Source: Desulfobacca acetoxidans
GTDB taxonomy: Bacteria; Desulfobacterota; Desulfobaccia; Desulfobaccales; 0-14-0-80-60-11
Length of the DNA stretch: 48,472 nt
Assembly (NCBI GenBank): GCA_020722205.1
Contig: DYLF01000007.1
Location: 1 to 48,472 of the forward strand
Direction of reading: 5' to 3'
Below the pieces are notes generated by a model. That model searched no databases, had not been told where the DNA came from, and saw only the letters and a program-made list of their open reading frames with translations. The position numbers were made by a program, and so were the translations under genes. Numbering within the stretch: the stretch's first letter is position 1; every line of letters starts with the position of its first letter. Below are positions 40,628-48,472 of the stretch, piece by piece.

Positions 40628-41425
40628 ATGACAAAGCAGGAGAACAGAGCCCCCCAACAGGTCGGGGTGCGGCTGGAACGGCTGGCCATTGTACTTAACC
40701 GTCCGCAGTTGCCGGAAAACATCGGCGCAGTGGCAAGAGCGGCCTGCAATACCGGCATCAAGCGCCTCATATTGGTCCAGCCGGAGAGTGTGGATTGGGA
40801 GCGCATGCGCATGATGTCCACCGGCGCAGCCGCCCATCTCCTAAAAAGTATGACCATCTACGATGACCTGGCCACGGCATTAGCGCCTTTTTCCTATGTG
40901 GTCGGCACCACCGCCCGATTGGGCGGCATCCGCAAGGAAGTTTTTACCCCGCGGGACATTGCCCAACGCCTCATTGAACTCTCCCCTCACAATGATATTG
41001 CCCTTCTCTTCGGCCCGGAAAACTGGGGACTGACCAACAAGGAATTGCCTCTCTGCCATGCTCTGGTGACGATCCCCACGGCTGACTGTTCCTCGCTGAA
41101 TCTGGCACAGGCAGTAATGGTCGTTGGATATGAGATTTTCGTCGCTTCTGCGACAAATCCCCGTTTCGAACCCCGTTGGGCCAACTCCCGGGAACTGGCA
41201 TCCATGTACGCCATGCTCCAGGAGACGTTGGTGAAGATCAATTTCATCAGTCATCAGAATCCGGAATATTGGATGTTGAAGGTGCGCCGCTTGTTCAACC
41301 GCCATGGGCTCAAGGCCCAGGAGACCCAGGTGATTAAAGGTATCTGCCGCCAGATCGACTGGTACGTCAAGAAAGAGCTGGCAACGGCCAGGATGGAAAA
41401 GGCTGGCAAGGCTGCCGGGGAGTGA
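40628..41425 (+). CDS. trmJ: tRNA/rRNA 2'-O-methyltransferase, TrmJ family (SPOUT)
   Basis: ENIGAVARA, VGTTAR, FGPE..GLTN.EL, SLNLAQAV. Confidence 0.88.
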   Translation: MTKQENRAPQQVGVRLERLAIVLNRPQLPENIGAVARAACNTGIKRLILVQPESVDWERMRMMSTGAAAHLLKSMTIYDDLATALAPFSYVVGTTARLGGIRKEVFTPRDIAQRLIELSPHNDIALLFGPENWGLTNKELPLCHALVTIPTADCSSLNLAQAVMVVGYEIFVASATNPRFEPRWANSRELASMYAMLQETLVKINFISHQNPEYWMLKVRRLFNRHGLKAQETQVIKGICRQIDWYVKKELATARMEKAGKAAGE

Positions 41426-41433
41426 GCGGAAGT

Positions 41434-42261
41434 CTAAGGTTTGTAATACATCAGACCCCGGGCAAAGGGGGCCACAGCTTTTTCCAGTTGATGTTGGGCC
41501 TGAGGGGAGAGGGGCTGAAAATCCCGGGCTGCTGTCACCAGTTCCTGGACCTGGTTCACCGAATCCGCGCCGATCACCACCAGGTTCACCGGTTGGCTCA
41601 ACGCCTAGGCGATTATCTCTGCTAAAGGCGCTATCTGGAGTTGCGGTAGCAAGCCCCGGCATAAGACTTTCATGCCGATCACCCCCAAACCACGGGCGGC
41701 GGCCTCTTGGGCCAAGGGGAGGAAGCTGCGGAAGTGGGGTTCCGCCGGATTAACCGGCAACAATACGGTGTCAAACTCATCCAGCTCCAACGACCGGCGC
41801 AGGATGCCGGGATCGTGGTGACCGGTGATGCCCAGGAAGCGGGTCAATCCCTCCTCTTTGGCCCAGCGGCAAGCCGTCAGCGCTCCCTCCGGAGCGCTAA
41901 GGGCAGTCAGATCTTCCTCCGTTCTCACCTCATGAACCTGCCAGAGGTCCAGATGGTCGGTCTGCAAATTTTTCAGGCTGGCGGCCAAGTGAGCCTCGGC
42001 TGCCACTCGACTGCGGGCGTGGGACTTGCTGCTCAGGAAGATTTTATCGCGGTATCCTCTGAGGCCTGAACCCAGATAGGCTTCGCTGCCCGCCTAGGCC
42101 CGGGCTGACTCAAAATAGGTGACGCCGGCCGCCAGCGCGGCCTCTATGACCGCCTGGGCTTGGCGCTCCTGTCCGCGGCTGCGCAACGCCCCCTCACCGC
42201 CCAAACCCAAAAGCGTTACCTCCGCCCCGGTGCTTCCCAAAAGTCTCTTTTCTAAGGTCAA
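41434..42261 (-). pseudogene. Aldo/keto reductase interrupted by two in-frame TAG codons (pseudogene or readthrough)
   Basis: One frame from TTG 42261 to TAG 41436-41434 (275 codons plus stop): MTLEKRLLGSTG...GLGGEG...YFESARA*AGSE...SK...TDHLDLWQVH...GITGHH...GMK...IIA*ALSQPV...MYYKP; internal TAGs at 42096-42094 and 41607-41605. Confidence 0.9.
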
Positions 42262-42286
42262 GACGCACCACTTTCTGTGGTCGAGC

Positions 42287-43351
42287 CTATTGCGGCGAGG
42301 CCTTTTCCAGGTTGAGGAATTCTCTCAGCAGCTCCTCTTGGTGGGGGGTCAGATTGGTGGGGGTGAGAAGCGACACCTGCACCACCAGATCACCACGCTT
42401 GTGGTTACGCAGATCAGGAACGCCCTCCCCCCGCAGGCGAAAGGTGGCGCCTGACTGCGTCCCCGGCGGTATGGTCAGCGTGGTTTGGCCGTTCATGGTG
42501 GGAACCTCAATTTCCGCTCCCAGGGCGGCAGCCACAAAGGACAACTCAGCCTGATAATAGAGGTCCTTGCCCTGCCGTTTGAACAGATGATGGGGGGCTA
42601 CTCTCACTTCAACGTAAAGGTCTCCGGCCGGACCACCGAAACGGCCGGGTTCGCCCTCTCCCCGCAGGCGCAAACGGGTGCCGTTATCCATGCCCGGCGG
42701 AATGCGTACCTGGACTCGGTCTCTCTTTCTGACGGTGCCGCCCCCGCCACAGGCTCGGCAAGGGGAAGAGATATAACTGCCCGTCCCCCGGCATCTGGGA
42801 CAGGTGGTGAAAACACGGAGGATGCCACGGCTCTGGCTGACTTGACCGCGGCCACCGCATTGGGGGCAGGCTTGCCGCTGGCTACCGGGTTCCATTCCCT
42901 GACCCTGACAATGGTCGCATACTTCCCGGCGCTCGACCTCGATCTCAGTCTCCAGACCCTTAACCACTTGTTCCAGGGTGAGGGTTATCTGATACCGCAG
43001 GTCTGCACCGGGTTGCGCCTGAGGAGCCTGGCTGTGACGCCGCCCTCCAAAGCCAAAAAATTCCTCAAAAATATCCCCGAAACTGCCGAAGATATCATCG
43101 AAACCGCTGAAACCGGCGCCAAGATCCAGGCCATTCAGGCCGGCATGACCATAAAGATCATACAATTGCCTTCGTTCCGCGTCGGAGAGAACCTGATAAG
43201 CTTCTGAAATCCTTTTAAATTGCTCCTCGGCGTTCTTGTTCCCAGGATTGCGATCGGGGTGATACTTCAGGGCCAACCGCCGGTAGGCGCTCTTGATTTC
43301 CTCCTGGGAGGCTTGGCGCGGCACTCCTAGAATTTCATAATAATCAAACAT
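42287..43351 (-). CDS. dnaJ: Chaperone DnaJ
   Basis: J domain with HPD, G/F region, four CxxCxGxG motifs, C-terminal domain. Confidence 0.97.
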   Translation of the reverse strand: MFDYYEILGVPRQASQEEIKSAYRRLALKYHPDRNPGNKNAEEQFKRISEAYQVLSDAERRQLYDLYGHAGLNGLDLGAGFSGFDDIFGSFGDIFEEFFGFGGRRHSQAPQAQPGADLRYQITLTLEQVVKGLETEIEVERREVCDHCQGQGMEPGSQRQACPQCGGRGQVSQSRGILRVFTTCPRCRGTGSYISSPCRACGGGGTVRKRDRVQVRIPPGMDNGTRLRLRGEGEPGRFGGPAGDLYVEVRVAPHHLFKRQGKDLYYQAELSFVAAALGAEIEVPTMNGQTTLTIPPGTQSGATFRLRGEGVPDLRNHKRGDLVVQVSLLTPTNLTPHQEELLREFLNLEKASPQ

Positions 43352-43495
43352 TGTCGCTAGACTATATCGGCAGAGTCAGGGCAAACTACACCTCCTGGTA
43401 TTGTTTAAATAGTTATCACCCTTCAGCTCTTTGTCAAGATGATGGTGGTTGGCAATTAGGAGGAAAAAAGGCGCTGCGGAGGCAGGGAGTGGTGG

Positions 43496-43798
43496 TCAGG
43501 GAGAGGAGAGGAGCTCTTGCAGGCGAGCAGCCACCTCAGGGGAAAAATCTTGCACGGCCACCACTTTTTCCCGGCTGTGGGTTCCCAGGCGGAGATGCAA
43601 GGCGTTTGTTTTCAGCCCCAGGCGGCGCGCCAGAAATTTCAGCAGCTCTGCATTGGCCGCCCCTTTTTCCGGGGGGGCCGCCACCTTTATTTTCAAGCGC
43701 TCACCATGCAGGCCAGCCACCTCGGTGCGGGAAGCTCCCGGCACTACATGCAGGAGCAAGAGATAGCCCTGACAAGTCGGTTGGTAATAATTGGCCAT
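43496..43798 (-). CDS. yggU: DUF167/YggU family protein
   Basis: VVPGASR, LKIKVAAPPEKG.AN.EL, G..SR.K. Confidence 0.9.
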   Translation of the reverse strand: MANYYQPTCQGYLLLLHVVPGASRTEVAGLHGERLKIKVAAPPEKGAANAELLKFLARRLGLKTNALHLRLGTHSREKVVAVQDFSPEVAARLQELLSSP

Positions 43799-43808
43799 GG
43801 GTCAATGC

Positions 43809-44108
43809 TCACTGAATCAGGCGGGCATAGTCCAGGATAGTCTGCACCAGGAAAATCTTCAGGAAGAGGATGGCGGCCAAGATGACCAGGGGGGTAAAGT
43901 CCATCCCCCCGAACATCAGAGGCAGCCGGCGGCGCACAGCCGACAACAGTGGTTCGGTAATGCTATAGAGAAAGCGCACGATAGGGTTGTACGGATCAGG
44001 ATTAACCCAGGACAGAATGGCCCGGGCGATTATGAGCCACATATAAATGTCCAGGGCCCAGCCCACTACCGTGGCCACGGCTTCGAGTAAATGTCTTAAA
44101 GCGATCAT
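43809..44108 (-). CDS. yggT: YggT family membrane protein
   Basis: ILSWVNPDPYNPIVRFL..ITEP.L, G.DF.P. Confidence 0.93.
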   Translation of the reverse strand: MIALRHLLEAVATVVGWALDIYMWLIIARAILSWVNPDPYNPIVRFLYSITEPLLSAVRRRLPLMFGGMDFTPLVILAAILFLKIFLVQTILDYARLIQ

Positions 44109-44142
44109 GGCCAAACGTCCCCCCAAGTCATAAAATTCATTA

Positions 44143-44172
44143 AATTTAAGGCCTGCCGGCAGGAGTTGTCAA
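44143..44172 (-). promoter_or_regulatory. Candidate sigma70 promoter for yggT-yggU
   Basis: Minus strand TTGACA-N18-TAAATT. Confidence 0.4.
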
Positions 44173-44189
44173 GAGATAAGGGGAGCGGT

Positions 44190-45294
44190 TTATTGCCCTT
44201 TTAACAGATAAGCCTCAATAAATCCGTCCAGCTCACCAGCCAGCACCGCGTCCACGTTGCCCTCCTCGTATTTGGTGCGGTGGTCCTTGATGAGACGGTA
44301 AGGCTGGAGAGTGTAAGAGCGGATCTGGCTGCCCCAGGCAATGTCTTTCTGGGTCTCCTGGATTTCCTGTTTTTTGACGTTCCGTTTCTGACGTTCCAGG
44401 TCATAAAGTCGGGCCCGGAGGACTTTCATGGCCAATTCCCGGTTGCGGTGCTGGGATCTTTCGCTCTGGCAGGACACCACAATACCCGTGGGCAGATGCG
44501 TCAGGCGCACCGCGGAACTGGTCTTGTTGACGTGCTGGCCGCCGGGGCCGCTGGCCCGGAAGGTATCTATTCGCAGGTCTTTCTCATTGATGTCCACCAC
44601 AATGCGGTCATCCACTTCGGGGAGAATCTGGACGGCGGCAAACGAGGTGTGGCGGCGGCCGCTGGCATCAAAGGGTGAGATGCGCACCAGGCGGTGGATG
44701 CCGCTTTCACCCTTTAGGTGGCCATAAGCATAAGGCCCGCTGGCGGTGAAAGTGACGCTTTTGAGCCCAGCCTCATCACCCGGCAAGAGGTCCAACACTT
44801 GAACTTTATAGCCCTTCTGCTCGGCATAGCGCAGGTACATGCGCAATAACATTTCCGTCCAGTCTTGGGCTTCAGTGCCACCGGCGCCGGCGTGAATGGT
44901 GACGATGGCGTTTTTCTGATCATCCTCCCCCATCATGAGGAGTTGGAGTTGCCACTCTCTCAGGGCTTTTTCCAGGCCTTTTAGATTTCGGGTGACTTCC
45001 TGGAGAGCCTCCTGTTCGTTCTCCTCCTGGGCCAGTTCCAGGAGCACTGCCAAGTCCTCGATCTCATTGTCATATTTCTGCCAGGCTTCTATAGTCTGCA
45101 GCAACTGGCGGCGCTCCTTTTGGCAGGCGGCGGCCCGGGCCGCATCTTCCCAGAAATCCACAGCCCCCATCATTTCGTCCAACTGCTGAATACGCCTCTG
45201 TTTATCCTCCAGTTCAAAGATAACCTCTGAGGGCTATCAACCGCTCGCGAAAATCATTGAGCTTGTTTTTGACTTCAGAAACGTCCTCTATCAT
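44190..45294 (-). CDS. prfB: Peptide chain release factor 2, expressed via a programmed +1 frameshift
   Basis: ORF1 from ATG 45294, MIEDVSEVKNKLNDFRERLIALRGYL, ends in CTT TGA (45219-45214); the +1 frame continues ELEDKQ... and contains SPF and GGQ. Confidence 0.97.
45213..45228 (-). promoter_or_regulatory. prfB frameshift cassette
   Basis: AGAGGT TAT CTT TGA A: internal SD-like sequence, 3-nt spacer, slippery CTT-TGA. Confidence 0.92.
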
Positions 45295-45477
45295 AAGAAA
45301 TCCTCAATCTTACTTGATTCGGCAAAAGTAAAAGCCACCAGGCAACCAGGCCTTACCCTTAGCCCCTGCCCTGTTTAACCAGTTTAATAAGTTTTTATGG
45401 TGAAAGTCCGCGTTCCCAGGAACTCGCCCACGGCAAGCCGTGCCTTTAAGATCGGGGCCAGTTTTTGCGGACAATGT

Positions 45478-46770
45478 TTAATTATATTTTTTCCCCAGAA
45501 ATTTATCAAGGTATCCTGCACAGATGGTGAAAGCCACCGGCTCATAAGGGGTTCGGAAGCGGATGGCCCCCCAAAATATCAAGGTCACGGTCAGCGGCAC
45601 CAAAAAGCTGAGCAGCAGGACGACAAGGTCAGGAAACGCCGGTTGGCTGCGGATTAGGACACAAGATATCAGGAGCACCCCGAAGCTCAGATACAACAGA
45701 AAATAAGGGGTGACCAGGATCAGGTTCAGCCGCTCACAATTGAATTCTTTGCCCCAAGCCCGGAAACTGGGCTTAAAGGTTCTATGAAGTTTGTTTATTT
45801 CCAGGAACAAAAACTGCGGCCAAGTCAGGGTCTGAATTATCCGCCAGCCACGCTGCCAGAGATAGCGGTCGAAGTCGATTTCGCTCAGGGCGGCGGTTTT
45901 TTTAAGCTCTGCGGCGGAAGCGTAGGCCCCGAAGGCATACCAGGAGCCGGGATGGTGGGCCAGGGTCTTTTCGTTTTGTCCGCCGGCAAAGGTGAAGCCT
46001 CCTAGGCTGGAGAGGCCGGGAAATTTCAGGACGGCATAATTTCTACCTACCCAGGGGGCGATGACCGCGCCCGCGCAGATTAGATAGACCAGGACCAACC
46101 TGCCGCCCGGCCGCCAGGAGCGGCGGAAATGATACCAGAGATAAACCAGATACAAGGGAATAAGGAGGACGGCCTCAGGTCTGGTAAGGGCGGCCAGGCC
46201 CGCCAGAATACCGCTGCCACTGGCATACCATTGGTTTGGAGATTTTATCAGGCAGGTCAAAGAAACCAGGAAATAAATCAGCAAAACCGAGAGCAGAGCT
46301 TCGGCCTGCAGCCATAGGAACCAGTTAAAGGTGTGGGGACTGAATCCGGCCAGGGCCATGGCGATCAGCCCCGCCCTTGGTGACCAGTATAGCCTGCCCA
46401 GGAAATAGCACCCCAAGGCGGCAATGGCAGTGAGGAGACAGTTTATCCACAGGACCCAGGCGGCATTGGCGGTGAAGACTAATACAGGCGCCAGCAGCAA
46501 GGGATAAAGAGGAACCCGGCCGGCTGTGGGTTGGCGGCCGTTTAGGGTAAAGACGCCTTGGCGGCTCAGATGATGAGCCAGGGTGACATAGTCATATTCA
46601 TCGTCAAACAGGGCGAGGTGATAAAAACCGCCGGCCGGCGTCTTTCTTCCCGTTAGTCTCGTTTCCCTTTGGGGGAGCTGCACAAAAAAGACATAGAGCA
46701 GGTGAACGGCGAAAATAATAATGAACAGGTGGACGAGAATGACTTTATGATGTGATGAGGTAACCACCAT
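45478..46770 (-). CDS. Polytopic membrane glycosyltransferase, ArnT/PMT (GT-C) family
   Basis: DDE..Y...A, R.PLYP, E.L, GLAALTRPE, PW..RNY, RFR.P.EP; many TM helices. Confidence 0.8.
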   Translation of the reverse strand: MVVTSSHHKVILVHLFIIIFAVHLLYVFFVQLPQRETRLTGRKTPAGGFYHLALFDDEYDYVTLAHHLSRQGVFTLNGRQPTAGRVPLYPLLLAPVLVFTANAAWVLWINCLLTAIAALGCYFLGRLYWSPRAGLIAMALAGFSPHTFNWFLWLQAEALLSVLLIYFLVSLTCLIKSPNQWYASGSGILAGLAALTRPEAVLLIPLYLVYLWYHFRRSWRPGGRLVLVYLICAGAVIAPWVGRNYAVLKFPGLSSLGGFTFAGGQNEKTLAHHPGSWYAFGAYASAAELKKTAALSEIDFDRYLWQRGWRIIQTLTWPQFLFLEINKLHRTFKPSFRAWGKEFNCERLNLILVTPYFLLYLSFGVLLISCVLIRSQPAFPDLVVLLLSFLVPLTVTLIFWGAIRFRTPYEPVAFTICAGYLDKFLGKKYN

Positions 46771-46810
46771 GAACTCTGATGACCCCGCAAAATTGCTTTT
46801 TTCGCAACCA

Positions 46811-47551
46811 TCAAAGCTGGGCCGCTAATAAAGCCAGGACCAGGACTTCCAGTAGTTCGTTGACGGCTCCCAGGGTGTCGCCGGTGACCCCCCCCACTTG
46901 GCGTCGGAAGTAGCGGCTGGCAAGCCAGGTGACCACGGCGCTGACTCCGATAATTGGTAAGGCCTTGAGGCCGGCCGCGGCGGTGGCCAGCAGCAGGGTG
47001 CTCACTGTGGCCCCCAGAATGGTGCTGCCCCCAGCACCGCTGGTCATGGCCTGGCCCAAGCCGCCTTCGGGGCGGGCATAGGGGGAGAAGTAGGCCAAAA
47101 GCACCATCCCCCAGCGGCTGACGATGGGATAAAGGAGAAAGCCGCGGCTGAGGCCTTTATTTGCCAAGCCCAGGAACAGGGTATATTTCAGGAGGAGCAC
47201 CAGAACCAGGCTCATGGCCCCAAAGGCCCCCAGGCGGGAATCCTTCATGATGCGGCGGCGGGCTTCCGGGGTCTGTCCCCCGGCCAGCCCGTCGGCGGTG
47301 TCCGCCAGGCCGTCCAGGTGCAGCCCTCGGGTGATGACCACCGACAGCCCCAAAAGTAGGGCGGCGGCCACCAGGGTTGGGAAGACGATCGTCAAGCCCA
47401 GCCAGGAGCCCCAGAAGAGCAGTCCCAAAAGAGCCCCCACCCAAGGGAACCAGAACAGGGAACGGGCCAGCTCGGGGCCGGCAGCTAGAGGCAGGCGGGG
47501 CCAAGGCAGGATGGTGAGAAAGGTGAGAGCCAGGGGCAGGGTGCATTTCAT
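46811..47551 (-). CDS. cobS: Adenosylcobinamide-GDP ribazoletransferase
   Basis: [40 protein letters not shown]. Confidence 0.96.
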   Translation of the reverse strand: MKCTLPLALTFLTILPWPRLPLAAGPELARSLFWFPWVGALLGLLFWGSWLGLTIVFPTLVAAALLLGLSVVITRGLHLDGLADTADGLAGGQTPEARRRIMKDSRLGAFGAMSLVLVLLLKYTLFLGLANKGLSRGFLLYPIVSRWGMVLLAYFSPYARPEGGLGQAMTSGAGGSTILGATVSTLLLATAAAGLKALPIIGVSAVVTWLASRYFRRQVGGVTGDTLGAVNELLEVLVLALLAAQL

Positions 47552-48472
47552 TTGGGCTTGGCGGCGACGCCGGCTTCGGCAAAGGTGGCCATTTCCTTAT
47601 AAATGCGCCAACCGGCTTCCAGGAGGCCAAAGCCGAGGGCGGCGCCGGTGCCTTCCCCCAGGCGCAGTTGCAGGTTGAGCAGGGGTTTCAGGCCGAGATG
47701 ATCGAGCATCAGCTGGTGGCCTGGTTCCACGGAGCGATGGGCGGCGATGAGATAATCCTGGGTTGCCGGAGCCAGGTGCACGGCCACTAGGGCGCCGGCG
47801 GTGGCGATGAAGCCATCCAGTAAAAGTGGTCGCCGAGCCGCGGCTGCTCCCAGGATGAGACCGGCGATGCCGGCGATTTCCAGCCCCCCCACTGCGGCTA
47901 AAGCCTCTAGGGGCTCCTGAGGGGAGGGGCAGTGCCTAGATAGGGCCCGATTGATCACGGCTACCTTGTGGCGCAAGGTAGCTTCAGTGATGCCGGTTCC
48001 CCGGCCGGTGACCGCCCCGACCGGTTTGCCCGTAAAGACCGCGGCTAGCGCCGCGGCTGGGGTGGTGTTGCCGATGCCCATGTCTCCGGCCGCCAAGGCG
48101 TCAACTCCGGCCGCCACGGCTTCCCGGGCCCGGTCAATCCCCACCCACAAGGCCTGTAGAGCCTCCGCCCGAGTCAGGGCCGGCTCCTGGGCCATGTTCC
48201 GGGAACCATAGGCCACTTTCTTGATAATGAGACCCGGCACAGAGCTGAAATCATAATTGACCCCGATGTCCACCACCTCCACCTGGGCGCCCATCTGGCG
48301 GGCCAGGACGTTGATGCCGGCGCCGCCTTGCAAGAAATTATAAACCATCTGAAAGGTGACCTCAGGAGGATAAGCACTTATGCCTTCGGCCACAACGCCA
48401 TGGTCGGCGGCGAAAACCACCACCCGCTTGTGGGCCAGCGGCGGGAACAATTCCTCTCGGATGGCCACGTAG
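47548..48472 (-). CDS. cobT: Nicotinate-nucleotide-dimethylbenzimidazole phosphoribosyltransferase, 5'-truncated
   Basis: [49 protein letters not shown]. Confidence 0.96.
   Translation of the reverse strand, partial: YVAIREELFPPLAHKRVVVFAADHGVVAEGISAYPPEVTFQMVYNFLQGGAGINVLARQMGAQVEVVDIGVNYDFSSVPGLIIKKVAYGSRNMAQEPALTRAEALQALWVGIDRAREAVAAGVDALAAGDMGIGNTTPAAALAAVFTGKPVGAVTGRGTGITEATLRHKVAVINRALSRHCPSPQEPLEALAAVGGLEIAGIAGLILGAAAARRPLLLDGFIATAGALVAVHLAPATQDYLIAAHRSVEPGHQLMLDHLGLKPLLNLQLRLGEGTGAALGFGLLEAGWRIYKEMATFAEAGVAAKPK

Noticed and set aside
41434-42261. Genome-wide TAG reassignment or pyrrolysine as the explanation for the AKR stops
   Set aside because: TAG terminates several normal genes in the window, no pyl genes or tRNA are present here, and Pyl is unlikely to substitute for the catalytic Tyr
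43352-43440. CIRCE element or leader peptide upstream of dnaJ
   Set aside because: No TTAGCACTC-N9-GAGTGCTAA; the AGGAGGT is followed only by TTG CCC TGA, too little to support

Overview
A mostly housekeeping chromosomal window from a moderately GC-rich bacterium. Gene content and protein style suggest Desulfobacterota (Desulfobacca/Syntrophus-like); this is inference. In order: aspS (5'-truncated); a Re-citrate-synthase-like DRE-TIM enzyme with a C-terminal Cache/PDC domain; a split B12-dependent methylmalonyl-CoA mutase; a trehalose operon (otsB-DUF5752-treT-otsA); an Fe-S protein and a FlK thioesterase; a ~15 kb minus-strand pseudaminic-acid glycosylation locus (pseB, pseC, a degenerate second neuB, pseF, pseG-pseH fusion, pseI, hisH/hisF/wbuX amidotransferase trio, methylase, a ~1330 aa triple-glycosyltransferase-TPR protein, a TPR protein); an SphA-type beta-barrel; queA-tgt-yajC-dynamin-dprA-topA; lolA, nadA, a stand-alone HisKA protein, trmJ; an aldo-keto reductase interrupted by two in-frame TAG codons; dnaJ, yggU, yggT, prfB with its programmed +1 frameshift, a GT-C membrane glycosyltransferase, cobS and cobT (truncated). 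I saw no rRNA, tRNA, CRISPR array or transposase. Most striking: (1) the otherwise intact aldo-keto reductase carries two amber codons in the identical context GCC-TAG-GCG, one at the catalytic Tyr; (2) a full-length NeuB paralog lacks both metal-binding histidines; (3) an AT-rich PseH domain is fused in frame to a GC-rich PseG. All assignments come from motif recognition by eye; no database searches were run.
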